Part shown: piece after piece, positions 48,541 through 61,735 of the stretch | Layout: the number at the start of each line of letters is the position of its first letter | How positions within the stretch are numbered: the stretch's first letter is position 1 | Assembly (NCBI RefSeq): GCF_009834535.1 | Contig: NC_045697.1 | Coordinates: forward strand, 99,512,001 to 99,576,000 | Direction: 5' to 3' | Length of the DNA stretch: 64,000 nt | From: Camelus ferus | Taxonomy: Eukaryota | The notes under the pieces: generated by a model | Told to the model about the DNA's origin: nothing | Databases searched by the model: none | What the model saw: the letters and a program-made list of their open reading frames with translations, nothing else | Translations under genes and position numbers: made by a program

Positions 48541-48715
48541 TCAGCGCTTTTTAAGCCACGTTGAGCCCTAAGAATTCCCTGGGAGGGGCCTCAGGGGCTG
48601 TGCGTGGTGGGGAGCGGAGTTGTTTGGGTCTTGGCTGTTCTTCAACTCAACTCAAATTGGAGTAAGATTTCCTTTGAAATAAGGGTTCCACGGCTAAAAA
48701 GTGTTTGAAAACAGT
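48541..48715 (-). mobile_element. Short hAT-Charlie-type MER element (family uncertain)
   Basis: gagccctaagaattccctgggaggggcctcagggg...gtaagatttcctttgaaataagggttccacggctaaaaagtgtttgaaaac resembles MER102-class elements. Confidence 0.5.
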
Positions 48716-50019
48716 TCTATGTTTCATCTTGTTTTTGCTGGCCAACTCTCCCTCTCTCCCCCACCCAGTCTCCACCCTTCATCAACACAGATTATCATTT
48801 CACTCTTCTTGATGTCATCACCCTTACTTCACGGTGGCTCAGGACTGGTTAACTTTGGCTCCAGAGTTTAGTGATCTGCTTGTTAATGTTAGCTTCCTCA
48901 AATTTCTTTTCATTCCTCTGAGCTGGGCAGATATAAGGATGATCCAACTAAGTGTGATGAGATGGAGAAAACTGTATTGTCTAGAGTTCCACTGGGGAGC
49001 ACTGTGCATGTTCAGAAAGCATGCTAGCGTGGTCTCCCTGTTGCAGTGGTACGGCAGGGTTTGCAAGACCCTAGAGTCATGCAAAGGTAGATAGATCGTG
49101 TATAGTCTGCCTACTAAGAAGGGTGTGTCCTGGTACCACTGGGGTTTTGCCTTACTGAGTGGGGTATGCAAGGCTGGGACTATGGAGGAAAGACAGCTAC
49201 TAGTGATCTAGGCTCTTCCCCTACCCTCAGTTTCTCCTTTGAGTAAATGCCAAACAAAGTGATTTCAAGGTCCAACTAAATGATTAACCTATCCAGGCAT
49301 CCATATACCTTGGTCTAGTCATGTGTCTGGTTATATGCTGGCTAGTGGGGAGACCAGAAAATCATTGAATGTGAAATGTGACAACGTTAGGATCAGAGTA
49401 TTAGTTAGTGCCCATGAGATTTAAAACAAAGGCCTCAGCTTTGGCTGCAACACTTTTCATTTTTCTGCATCCCCTCCTGCCAGTTCTCTGTTAAAGAAAA
49501 TCTTCAGCATGGGAGAAGGAAAAGGTGTGTAATGCCTCAGGTGCCATAAGGAACAGACCAGGCATAGGGATGAAGTGAGGGCTGCACAGGACAGAGGAAG
49601 CTTATTGATCCACTTCTGCTTACCATCCGTGCATTAGTAACTGACAGATGTTGCAAAAAGGCGAGAAGACAAGGCTGATTGGCAAGGGGCAGGAGTCACT
49701 CAACCTTAAAGCAGAAGCAGTGTGGCATCTGTTGGTTAAAATGATGTTCCAACCACGGACGTTTTACAGTTTGATGTTATACAGATTTGTAGTCATAAAA
49801 ACACTTTTTGTTGTTGTTTTTACAAAAGCACTGGTGGTTTTTTTTTTTTTTAACTATGTTAATCCATCTTAAGTATTGTTGTTTTGGGCTTCTCAATTAC
49901 CATGCTCATGTCATCTAGTAACAGAACACCTTCATAGCTTTTCAAAACCCTCCTACCCACGTTCACAGCCCATGAATTGTACGGTGGGGAGGGGAGACTT
50001 CCTGGTTATAGGGGCAGGT

Positions 50020-50375
50020 TAGTCACTCAGGTCACCTTCCTCTTGACCATAGTGATTGATTCAAAGATGGGTGTGCAGCTAGACTGGTTCAATTAAAGCT
50101 CTCTCTGGGAATTTTGCTGGAAATACAGAAAAGGAATATTTTCTCCTCCAGAAATCCTGGAAGTTAAGGACCATAAAAGCTTGGAGCTGCCTGGGGCCAG
50201 CTTTGATATAACAATGACAAAGCCTGTTTGAAAATAAAGCCAACCCAGAGGAAAATAGAGCCAAGAAATGGAGATAGTCCTCGTGACACCATTTCTGTCC
50301 TGGATCCAGCTGGGCTTAAAGCCAAGATGCCCTAGAAGTTTCAATTATGTAAGCCAATAATTCTCCCTTTTCTTT
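50020..50375 (+). mobile_element. ERVL-MaLR LTR fragment (MLT1I/J/K-like)
   Basis: gaccatagtgattgattcaaagatggg...aaagccaacccagaggaaaatagagccaagaaatggag...cctggatccagctgggcttaaagcca...ttcaattatgtaagccaataattctccctttt. Confidence 0.75.
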
Positions 50376-50379
50376 CATT

Positions 50380-50515
50380 TTCCTTCCTTCCTCCCTTCCT
50401 TCTTTCCTTCCATCCTTGTTTCCTTCCTTCCTTCCCTCCCTCCATTCTTTCAGCTGTGTGTATGTGTGTGTGTGTGTGTGTGTGTGCGCGTGCGTGCGTG
50501 CGTGTATGTGTGTGT
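50380..50515. repeat. (CTTC)n tract followed by compound (TG)/(CGTG) microsatellite
   Basis: tccttccttcctcccttcct...; tgtgtgtatgtgtgtg...gcgcgtgcgtgcgtgcgtgtatgtgtgtg. Confidence 0.9.
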
Positions 50516-50534
50516 ATTTTATACTTGAAATATA

Positions 50535-50970
50535 CATCAGTTAGGGACTGGTTAAATAAATTACATTATATCCAAATAATGAATTATATGCAATAATTTA
50601 AAGGATTCATGTAAGCTATGCATGAATTATTGCATTGCTTATCATAGCACAAAAAGAAAAAAGAAAACAAACAGAAAACCACTATTAGGGGACAGGATAA
50701 ATAAAGTATATTATATTCATACACTAAAATAAGCAAGTGTTAAAAATGAGTCATATTCAGGTATAGGGATTGTCATTAAAAAATATTTATGACATATTAT
50801 TGATTTTAAAAAGCAGTTTATAAAAATAAGTTACAAAAATGCCCTTATGTTATAAAATTACAAAATTTTGTGTATATAAATCTAGCAAACTCTAGAAAAC
50901 TGGTTATTCATCATTACTCTGGGATTTTAGGTGCTTTCTACTATCATGTATTCTTTTCTTTATTGCTTTA
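50535..50970 (+). mobile_element. Old L1ME-like 3' fragment
   Basis: atcagttagggactggttaaataaattacattatatcc...tatttatgacatattattg...aaaaagcagttta. Confidence 0.55.
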
Positions 50971-50972
<2 letters not shown>

Positions 50973-51012
<40 letters not shown>

Positions 51013-51024
51013 CATATATATATA
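50973..51024. repeat. (TG)18 plus short (TA)n microsatellite
   Basis: Read directly from the sequence. Confidence 0.93.
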
Positions 51025-51454
51025 GAAAGAAAAGGAAAACTGTATTTTCTAGAAAGAAAGAAAAATAAAGAAAGGAAAGGAGGGAGAATCTGAAGAGAAC
51101 GAAAAATGGGAATGTCTCTAGTCTGAAGTTTGCTGAAATGATTCAGGAAAAGATTCAAGGAGGAGGTGAAACCATCTCATGAATCTTTAAAAGGTATTTT
51201 CTAGATGGACAGATGAAGAGGGGGCATCCAGAAAAAGTGAAACAAAAAAGGTGAAGGGGTTCAGGAAAGTGAGAAGCCATGATGTCTTAAGAAATAAGTT
51301 TTCTGATGTAGCAAATCAGTGTTAGTGAACTGGTATTTAATCTAAATAACTAGGGCAGGACCAATTAAAGTCACTGTTAATACAAGGAATTTCATATCAG
51401 GATTGCATATGGGATATACAAGAGAACAGAAAAATAATGTATTTCAAGGACAGT

Positions 51455-52938
51455 GGTCTCTACACCCAGCTGCTTAACAACATCTCTCCTTTGAGGTCTA
51501 ATAAATATCTCCAGCTTAATATGTCCAAAGCAGAACTCTGGATTTCCTCTCCACATCTGCTCTTCCTCCATGGTGGTTCATTTTCTGCATCAACCTGACA
51601 GGACCATAGGGTGCCCAGATATTTGGTCACATATTATTCAGGGTGTTTCTTGACAGTGTGTTTGGATGAGATTAACATTTAAATCAATAGGCAGTGAAGC
51701 AGACTTCCCTCCCTTATGCGAGTGGACCTCAGTCGATCAGTTGAAGGCCTGAGTAGAACAAAAAGGCTGGCCCTCCTGCAAGTAAGAGAGAATACCTCCT
51801 GCCTGGCCACCTTTAAACAGGGACACTGGATGTCTCCTGTCTTCACACAAGAACTGAAACACCCTGGCATGTCCTTGGACTAGGACTGGAACGGCAGCAT
51901 CAGCTCTCCTGGGTCTGTAGCTTGCGGACCCACCTTGCAGATCTTGGGACTTGTCAGCCTCCACAATCACATGGGCCAACTCCCAATAGTAAATTTCTGT
52001 ATGTATATGTATGTTTATGTGTATATATACATGTATATAAGTTTATATATGTGTGTGTATATATACACACATCCTATTGGTTCTGTTTCTCTAGAAAATC
52101 CCGACTAATATATGCTTCCTCTTCAGTGTCCCCATAACAACAACAACAACAAAAAAATGGCAAAATGAGTCCACCAATGCCTTGGTATAAAAACTTTGGG
52201 GTCATCCTTGACTGTGCTCTTTCTCTCACACCTAAGATCCAACTCACAGCAAACCACGTCAGCTCTATGTTTACACTACCTAGAATCTGGCCTCGACTTA
52301 GTTTGCCCCCTGCTATTATCATGCTCTAAACCTCCACCATCCTCACCTGGACCAAGGTGATAACGACCTAACTTCCACTCCTGCCCCTTTCCAGTCAACT
52401 ATCCATACAGCAGCCAGACTGTCCCTTCTCAAACATGTTAGATCATGTCCATCCTCTGCTCAAAACTCACGAACGGTTCCCATCTCATTTGAGGTGAAAT
52501 CCAAAATCCTCACCATGGCCTGCCAGCCCCTGCAGGGTCTGGTTGCTCCTACCTCATTGGTTCTGTCTCCTACTACTCCTCGTTCACTCTGCTTTCTGGC
52601 CTCCTTGCCTTTTCTCCTTCTTCTTCTAAGAGGCCAGAAATTCCCTCTGTTGAAATGCTCTTTTCCCAGATCTCCGTCACTCCCATCAGATGTGTCCCTC
52701 AGAGACCTCCCCTCCACCCTGTGTGAAATAATCCTCCTCCACTATCTTACCTCTCTTTTTGAGCCATGTTTCACCACCAGGCATATAGTGCATCTTATTT
52801 TATTTTCCGAGTCCTCTTCTGTTCTGGGAAGTGAGGCCCATAAAAGCAGACAATTACGTTGTTCTCTGTCTTCTGCACGTGGAGCAGAGGCGGGCACATG
52901 GTGGGCATTCAATACCTGTTTGCTGTTGAATGAATAAA
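51455..52938 (+). mobile_element. L2 LINE 3' portion interrupted by an MLT2 LTR
   Basis: catctctcctttgaggtctaataaatatctccagcttaatatgtccaaagcagaactc before the LTR; aaactttggggtcatccttgac...gggcacatggtgggcattcaatacctgtttgctgttgaatgaataaatg (L2 terminus) after it. Confidence 0.8.
51569..52112 (+). mobile_element. ERVL solo LTR (MLT2B-like)
   Basis: tggtggttcattttctgcatcaacctgac...gggtgcccagatatttggtcacatattattc...tttggatgagattaacatttaaatc...cagttgaaggcctgagtagaacaaaaaggctg...(TA/TG)n...catcctattggttctgtttctctagaaaatcccgactaata. Confidence 0.88.
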
Positions 52939-52984
52939 TGAGCTTTCCACGCATTGAAGAAAACAGGATATTTTTGATGTAATA

Positions 52985-53180
52985 ATACTTAACATTTATT
53001 GATCAGGTATTGGGTACGATGCTATGCTTCTGATCTAAATTAACTCATTTTGTTAGCAACAAACCAGCAATTTCTGAATAAGGAAACAGGCAGAGGTAAC
53101 CTTACTAATGTCACACAGCTGATAAGGGATGGAGCCTAGCTTACAGCCCAGGCCAACTCCAGAGGCCATGCTTAGCTATT
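52985..53180 (-). mobile_element. MIR SINE
   Basis: taacatttattga...taactcattt...aataaggaaacaggcagaggtaacc...tcacacagctgataagggatggagc. Confidence 0.65.
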
Positions 53181-53659
53181 CAGAATGCACTTCTTGAAAA
53201 TTCATTAAAAGACACTGAAGAACAGTAGGGATTAAAAAAGACTTATTCTCTGAATTTATTTTCCAGGGATAAAAATATTTCCTACTCTGTAATGTCTTCA
53301 CCAGTTTACAACTAAACAGCATAACAGAGAAGTTAGTGGAAAGTTCAGGGGACTCCCTTGCAGGTTACATTGTGACACCTTTGAAGCAGTTTGGTAGAGA
53401 CTAACAAAGTAACAGCAAAGACTTGATTGAAAACCTTTCTTGGGTCATACATACCTCCTAAATTTGGTAGGAACTTTGCAAACCGATTTGGAGATGCTGG
53501 CCGTCCTTTTCACCCTGCTGAATGCATTCACTTATGGATCCAACAGTTATTTACTAAGTATCATTAGGTGTCAGGCACAGTTCTAGGCCCTGGGGCTATA
53601 GCAGTATCTTCTTTCTTAAACTCACTTCCACCTGTGACAAAATGGAGTTTATAGTGATT

Positions 53660-53790
53660 TGGAGCTAAATTCTGCAGTTGGAGAGTCTTGGGTACAAATC
53701 CCAGCCCTGCTGTTACTGGCTACACGACCTCTGGCAAGTCAAAAACTTGTCTAAATCTGTTTCTTTGTTTATAAAATGGAGGCAATATCG
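53660..53790 (+). mobile_element. MIR SINE fragment
   Basis: cttgggtacaaatcccagccctgctgttactggctacacgacctctggcaagtca...ctgtttctttgtttataaaatggag. Confidence 0.65.
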
Positions 53791-56439
53791 ATGATAAGCT
53801 CTATCGCACTGGTTTACTAGCTGGATGACATGAGACTGCCGGATACACACTAAACATTATGGTGAGGGCGGGCTTCTAAAATCTCTGATTTTGAGTATGG
53901 TTTTGCACGTATGATGAACTTCGGAGTTTTGTAGGTGTCTCTTCATTTAAGGGAAAAGAGCTTTTTTTTTTTTAATTTTAGTGAATAAAAAAGCCATGTT
54001 TAGCCAAGATTTTCAACCAGCACACTAAAACCTTGTGATGAGGTCATAGGGTCTTACACTAACAACTACACATCATAATAGAACTATTAAAAGAACTCTG
54101 ATTCACTAATTTGTTCATTCTTTTTTCCTTCTGGGGCTATCTGGGAAAGCTGCCCATTTGCAGAGAGCTTCTTTGGCTATATTCCTTTGCCTTTCAAAGC
54201 CCTCAAAAAAATTCTTAAGAGCCTCATAATGGGTCCAGGAGATTGTTGATTTTGTTTGTAACATGTCAGAAGTAACAATTTTCATACTACTAATAGACTC
54301 ACTACAAAGCATAAGGGATATCTCAGGTGGTTCCTGAATGCACCAAATATTTGTATTTATTTATAGGCTCTTCTGCCTTCATGGGCATTAGACCAGGAGG
54401 TGGGAACCATAAATTCTAATTCTAGACCTGATACTAATTAACTATTTGATCTTGACTTTACTGGTACTTTGTTACCTGATCTATCTATACCAGAAGACTA
54501 ATGTCTATAGCCTCTTTCAACTCTAAAATTCTACAATTGTACATAAAAAAAACTCATCAACAAGAAACCTATCCTACTTGGTACATGGAACTAAATGTGA
54601 GGATACAGGGATTTATTAAGGAACAGATGAGCACAGGGGCTCTTGTATTTCATGTCGTAAACACTGCTATAGCCATACAACGAGGTAATAATAAGGGTTA
54701 AAGTAATAATATGCATCCATCTTTTTTTAAGTATAAAGATGCATAATGGCTGCATTCATTTCCTTGAAAAACATTGGACTTAATGACCTATTGAAAATGC
54801 AAATGCTAATATATCCAATACCATGTACAAAAAGGTGAAAACTGAAGATTTCCTTGCTCCTGTTCACTGACTCTAACCAACTCCACAGCATGTTTAGTTA
54901 GAATCAGTATTAGATTTGAGAATCAGTCCAGACTAGCACGTCAGAGGAAGCAGGTCTTTGCATTAGGAGTTATCATCCAGCACATAACTTTTTGAGGACT
55001 TTAGAGTCCTTTGAGATAAAAGGGACACTTTCAGTCTGAGCTTCTAATGAAACAGAATTAATAAAATGTGCTAGCTTAAAACCATTTCACCCTTGGGAAA
55101 CAATAAATCTCACCCTGGACAACAGGCTATATTTTGCAGATTGAAAGGGGCCATTGATTAATGCTTTGATGCTAGCATCCTCTTGGCCAGAAAAAATGTT
55201 CCATAATATTCCCTCTGATTCTCTGAGAGTTAGGCACCTTTGTGTAGAAGAATCAGTCCGTGGTGCTTTCTGAAGGGAGGCTGGAGATAGGTTGTCAGGA
55301 TCGTGGCTAAGCTGGTAGAGTTCTGAATCCACGGAGCTCCTAGTTACTGTCCTCTGTGAGCTGGGCAAATTAACCTGGGCCCATTGCACTGCCTGAAACA
55401 AAATAAGGAATCAGTAAAATAAGGGACTGTATTTTTGCATGCCAGTTACCATTCAGTTTGATTTTTCTGGGAAGGTGTGTGCAGTGGGAGTATTTTTGAT
55501 GCAGATAAATTTTTGATTCCCTAAGCTTAATGACATAGGGAGCTAAGTAGAAGAAAAGACATTTTAAGAATCCTTGTCACTGCCTACATACAATAGGCAC
55601 TTGATTTATGAAAATTACAACTAAATAAGACAGAATGAATTTAAAGCACTTATCCTCTTGAAAATTTAGCCGGTTAAGGTCCTGAATTTTCCTTAACCTC
55701 AGTGCATGACTGTGGATATTTCTACAATTGAGTAGTTATTTATAGAAACCAACAACAACAACAACAAAAATGAGCATCTTCAAGAACAAGTAGATATGAA
55801 AAAGAACTGATTAGGAATTTTGAAAAAAATGCACTCTTTGAAATTAAAAATCTCAATATATGGATTAAAGTCTAGATTGAGATCAGCCAAAGATAGAATT
55901 GGAAAATAGTGCTGCGGAATTCACACAGAATGCACCACTTGGAGACAAAAACTACTTAAGGGAAGCCAAGAGTCGTGAATAATTGACAGAGAGGCTCCTA
56001 AACAAATATTTAGGAGTTTCAGGGGAAAACAGATGAAAGAGAAAGACAGAAGAACAACATTTGAAGAGAGAAGGCTGAGAAATTTCCAGAGTTGAAGACA
56101 AGCCTGCAAACGAAAAGTTCACAACATAAATAAAAATAAACCTACATTGTAGGGAAATGGTAAAACGTCAAGGACAAATAGAACAATCCTAAAAGCTACC
56201 AGAGGAAAAAGACTGGTCACTGAGAGAAGAGTTACAGCTGGGCTGGCCTCTTCTCATCAGCATTGATCAATGAAATAATTATCCAAACTGTGGAGGGAAA
56301 AGAATTTTCCATCTAGCTAGATTCTCATGCCAAAACTAAATTATCATTGATAAAAAAGACAGAATAAGGATCTTTCAGCCTTGAAAAGTTTACCCCTCCA
56401 TTAAAGGGTTAACTTGAATATAAAGAAAAGAGCCTAATA

Positions 56440-56610
56440 ATAATCATTATAACAATGGCTAACACTTTACATGCATCAACTACTTTTAATCCTCCCGAGA
56501 ACTCTATGAGGAGGACACATTTTTAACTTTATTTTACAGTGAGGAAACAGGTTCAAAAAGATTAAGATTGCCCTGCTATTAAGAATGGAGATTTAAACCA
56601 GGTGGGCCAG
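56440..56610 (-). mobile_element. MIR SINE
   Basis: aatggctaacacttt...tttaatcctcccgagaactctatgaggag...attttacagtgaggaaacaggttcaaaaagattaag...ggagatttaaaccagg. Confidence 0.75.
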
Positions 56611-57869
56611 GAAGACACTGTATGAAAGAAATCACAAATAAACAAGAAGTTGACAAAATAAGTGGATATAGTTTAATTGACCACTGACTGTAACAATTCA
56701 CTGTTTTACTTAAAAAAAAAGAGGAAAAACTAAAACTGTCTGTAACAGTAATATCAGGAGTTGTTCCATAACTTGGCTGAATCATACCAAGAACTTCTGT
56801 GTGTTTAGGAGAATTGTGGTAAAGAATAACTTAAAACTTTTAATGAAAATTTATATTTACATAGTTAAAAATATAAGGAAAACAAGAACAAAGCTAGAAT
56901 TGTAATTTATAGTTTCAAAATCAGTAGAAGAATATTTAAAATGAAATAAAGGAATTTACCAATTCAGCAGAAAACAAGAAGGAAAATTATAAAAAGGGAA
57001 AGGAAGGCAAAAAGAAAACAAAACAAAAGCAGTAGTAAAAATATATTCAAATGCATCACTAATCACAATAAATAATTGTGAAATGAAATTTAATTATTAG
57101 AAGAATTTACTAATCTATTGTATCTTTTTAATTAGCCAAGAAATTTTATTATCCAAGTTTTATATCTGCCTCCAACAGGTTAGTATCATTTTAATTGATG
57201 ATATATTGAGAACATTCAAGAGCTGTAGCTTGCATTTCTTATTTAAAAATCCATATTTAAAAACTGAGACGTGTGTTTATGTAACCATGATGATAAGGGA
57301 AATTACAACCCAAACAGATGGATATTTATAAAAACTGATATTTCAAGAAAAGACTTGAAATAAGAAGTCCTTACCAACTTCTTCTTTAACTAGAGAACAA
57401 TTATTTTAGAATTACATTTTTTCCTAATGGTACTCCAGAGTAAGTCAAAGGGAAAACATTTAGCAATCTTAAATCTTTTACCTCATAAAATTTTAGATGG
57501 ATTGCTATCAGAATGATTTTCCAACCAATCAACATTACAGGAAATCTCGATAAAAGGCCAAATGTCTACATATTTCTTAAAAGTTGAATGATTTTTTTTA
57601 ATATATCAACACAGATGATCTCCATCATTTTACATACTGAAACAGCAGGAATCATTTTTATTGTCCATGTACTGTATGAGTATTAAATTAAACTCTGATT
57701 CTTATTGATCAATACTGTAGATTCCATGTCATCATTAAGTCTAAGAAAACAAATTTCTGCATCTTCTGTAGAAACTTTTCAGTTGTAACAACATTCTCAA
57801 AAAGTTTTCACTTTGTCATTATCTTTCCTTTTTGATTGCAAAGTGCAAAAGATTCCTGAACAAACAGCC

Positions 57870-59820
57870 TGCTCATAGCTTCCTGTAACTACCACTACAA
57901 TCAAAATGGAAAATTGTGCCATCAACTGAAAGGCTTCTTCCTGCTACCCCTTTAAAGCCACACCCTCCCACCCCCATCCTTAACCCCTGGCAACCACTAA
58001 TCTTTTTCCCATCTCTATAATTTTGTTATTTCAAGATTGTTATGTAAATACAATCATTCAATATGTAACTTTTTTTCACTCATCATCATTCCCATGAGTT
58101 TCACCCAAGTTGTTGCATTTATCAATATTTCATTCCTTCTATTGCTGAGTACTTTCTCTGCCATGGATATACCACAGTTTGCTTATCCATTCAACCACTG
58201 AAGGAAAACTGGATAGTTTCCAGCGGCTATTATGAATAAAGCTGCTGTGAACATTCATGTACAAGTTTCTGCATGAATGTAAGTTTTAATTTCTCTGTGG
58301 TAAATGCCCAGCAGTGCAGTTACTGAATCATATGGTAAGTACATGTTTACTTTGAAAAGAAACTGCCAAACTATTTTCCAGAGCGGCTGTACCATTTAAC
58401 ATTCCTACCAGCATTGTATGAGTGAACCAGTTTCTCTGCATTCTTGCCAGCATTTAGTGTAGTCACTGTTTGTAATTTTAGCCATACTGATAGGTGTGTA
58501 GTGATATCTCAATTGTGGTTTTCATTTACATTTCCTTAAGGGCTAATGAAGTTGAACACCATTTTATGTGCTTACTTGCCATATGTCTGTTCTCCTTGAT
58601 AGAGTACTGGTTCATGTCTTTGGCAAATTTTTCTAATTTGGTTGTTTATTTACTATTGTGCTTTGAGAGCCCTTTACATTTTGTAGACACAAATCCCTTG
58701 GCCTATATGTGTTTTGCAAATATTTTCTCCCAGGTTGTAATTTATCTTTTCATCCTTTTAAGAGAGTCTTTCCCAGAACCAAAATTTTTTATTTTGATAA
58801 AGTCCAAATTGTTATCTTTTCCTTTTATGGACATAAGCTTTTGGTATCAAATTTAAGAACTCTGCCTAGCTCTAGGTCCCACAGATTTTTCACTTACATT
58901 TTGTTCTAAACTTTTATAGTTTTGCATTTTACATTTAAGTCTGTGATTCATTTTGAGTTAATTTAGTAAATTTCTGTGTACAGTGTTAGGTTTAGGTGGG
59001 TTTTGCTTTCTTGTTTTATTTTGTTTGGTTGTTTTCTTTTTTCCTTCCCTGTGGGTGACCAGTTGGTTCAACCCATTTATTGGAAAGGCTATCCTTCCTT
59101 CGCTGAGTTGTTTCTCTCCTTTGTCAAAGATAAGTTGAGCATATTTGTGCGAGTCCCTTTCTGGGTTCTCTGTTCTGTTCCACTGATCTACGTGTCTATC
59201 CCTCCACCTACGCCACAGTCTCCATCACTGTAGCTACAGAAGTCTTCAAATCAGGGGCACTGACTCTGCCTGCTCTACTCTTCTTTTTCAACATTCTTTT
59301 AGCTATTCTAGTCCCTTGCCATTTCACATACATTTTAGTTTAATCTTAACAATGTCTACAAAAAATCTTGATGATATTTTCATAGGAATTGCATTAAACT
59401 TGTATATCAATTTGGGAAAACTGACATCTTTATGTTGAGTCTTTCAATCCATGAACACAGTAAGTCTCTTCATTTATTCAGATCACCTTTGACCTCTTTT
59501 ATCAGCTTCTTGTAATTTTCATCATACAGATTCTATACGTTTTTGTCAGATTTATACTGAATATTTAATATTCTTTGGAGCAATTGTAAATGGTATTGCA
59601 TTTTTAAAAAAAATTTGGTTTCTACTTGTTTGCTGTTAGTATATAGAAAGGCAGTTGATTTTGGCATGTTGATCTTATGTCCTGTGAACCTGCTGAACTC
59701 ACTTGTGGGTTCTAGGAGAGTTTTTATTGTTGGTGGTGGTGGTGATGGTAGATTCCCACAAATTTTCTAGGTGTACAATCATGTTACTTGAAACTAGAGA
59801 TAGTTTTATCTCTTTCATTC
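57870..59820 (-). mobile_element. L1MB/L1MC-like LINE, ~2 kb (3' UTR and ORF2 end)
   Basis: cctggcaaccactaatctttttcccatctctataattttgttatttcaaga...ctattatgaataaagctgctgtgaacattcatgtacaagttt...aactgccaaactattttccagagcggctgtaccattt...ggaattgcattaaacttgtatatcaatttggg. Confidence 0.88.
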
Positions 59821-61249
59821 ATTATACTATATTTTTTAAAAGTTAAGTTCTTTACTTCTTTCAAGACACATCACTTAAAAAGATTCTGAAAATCTGAAAA
59901 CAAAGAATGGAACTAGATACAGCAGGCAAATACACACACACACACCAGATAGTAGGGACTTAATAATATAAGAAACATTAGAATATAAGCATTAGTAAAG
60001 GTAAAAAAATGGGGTACTACATAATATATGTATCAATCCACCAAGAATACAAAATTATCATGAACTTCTAGGCAACTAACAACATGGTCCTGATATCAGT
60101 AAAGCAAAAACTGACAATTACAAAGATAATTTTGCAAAATATGATGGGTTATTTGAACACACTTATATTAAAAACAATCAATCAATCAGAAAAAGATTAC
60201 AAGACAATAAAAATTTTAAAATAAAGTTATCAAGTTTGAGTTAAGGTATGTGCATACACACATATGTTATATTCCACTAACAGGATATACGTTTTCATTT
60301 CAAGCACTAGTAGAACTTGTAAAAAATGGATCATTCAAACAAGGTTATAAATTTCAAAGTAAAGTTGCCAAATAGACCACTATCTCTTGTCATGGTACCA
60401 TTAGAACCATGGTACCAAATTAGAAACCAACAATAAAAAGAAAACCTAAAAGGCACATATGTTTGTAATACTAAAGATACACGTAAGTAATCCATTGATT
60501 AAGCAGGGAATCATAGTGGAAATAATAAAATTTTCAGAAATAAACATAATGAAATTATCACCCATCAAAAAATGAGATAGGCAAAATGGTATTTTAAAGA
60601 TAAATTGTAGCCTTGAATTTGTTTATTAAAAAGATATGAAAACTGAAAATAAGTGAGCTAGAAGAACAGAGTAAACCTGAATAGAATGAAAGGGAGAAAA
60701 TAATAATAATAATAGTGCAGAAAATAATAAAATAGAAAACAGAAATAAGGTAAGCAAATAAAAAATCTGCTCTTTTAAACTATTTTAAATCTAATTCTTT
60801 GACTAAGTGAGTGAATCATTCATATAGTTCAAAACTTTATATGTATGAACTGGTATATAATTAAAAGCTTTCTTTCCATTTCTTTTGCCTGACCACCCAA
60901 TTTCCCTTCTACAGACAACCAATATTATTTTCTTTTTTATCTTTCCAGTGGTAACTTGTACATTGAGCCAGTATAAAATAGATAGTAGCCTTTTCCTTTT
61001 TTTAGCTCAAATGTAAATTGGATATATTTTTCAGACCTTCAGCAAGACTGAAGTGAGAAGGGGAGAGAGAGAGAGGGAGAGAAGACACAAATAAACAATA
61101 GTTGGGATGAAAAAGAGGACATAACTATGGATATGGCAGAGATTCTAAGCATCCTAATTAAATATTATGCCAATAATTTTTCATATGTATGTCAATAAAC
61201 TTAAAAACCTAAGTGAAGTAGGTGGTTTTTCAGAAAAATATAAACTATC

Positions 61250-61735
61250 TGGACTAGTCAGAGTTCAGTCATGAAAACAGAGCCTCTCCAGGTAGTCCAA
61301 TAAAAGGGATTTAATACAGGAGATCTGCTTCAAAAGGAGAACTTCAAAGTTAAGCAGCAGGTGGTGAGGCAACACTGAGATTAGTACCATCAGGAAACTG
61401 TTACCACCACTAGGGCTGGAGGGATCAAGGTGGGAGTTGGCATCACTGAGGGTTAAGAACCAGTTACCAGTGGGAGCTAGATTTGTGACAGGGCGCCGAG
61501 AGGGAGCTGGATCATGGGGAAAAGCTGTTTAGTGGGAGCTGGAACCCCAGAGGAGACAGCCATTGCTGGAGGCAGAGAGAGGATGGGAGAAATGGCATGG
61601 CTTCTCCCTCCCTCCTGCCCAATAGTCCTCTGCTAGTGTTCACCATTGACCAAAACTAGCTAATTGGATAGGGGATCTCAGAAATGTAGTTTGCAGCAGG
61701 AAGACAGACAAATGATCTGAGAGCAAATAGGAAAG
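61250..61735 (-). mobile_element. Old LTR-like element (family uncertain) inserted in the L1 relic
   Basis: Begins tagtcagagttcagtcatgaaaacagagcctctccaggta...gggatttaatacagg, resembling the reverse 3' end of ancient ERVL/MaLR LTRs. It is a GC-richer block inside A-rich L1 sequence. Confidence 0.5.

Noticed and set aside
57380..57700. Weak resemblance of minus-strand KRFKIAKCFPFDL...KDFLF to hAT/Charlie transposase
   Set aside because: Multiple stops, a frameshift is needed, and the similarity is too thin to call without a search; kept only as an alternative in the 57110-59820 finding.
58494..59233. Hydrophobic plus-strand ORFs of 66-120 aa
   Set aside because: Antisense translations of L1 ORF2/3' sequence, a common false gene call.
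2860..59760. CSL/RBPJ motifs (YGTGGGAA) at 2860, 11833, 15866, 17111, 43861 and 59753 as Notch autoregulation
   Set aside because: About the number expected by chance for this 8-mer in 64 kb; scattered, unpaired, and at least one lies in a repeat.
60391..60427. Short tandem duplication CATGGTACCA(AA)TTAGAA(A)C
   Set aside because: Two-copy slippage inside a decayed L1; not a spaced repeat array.
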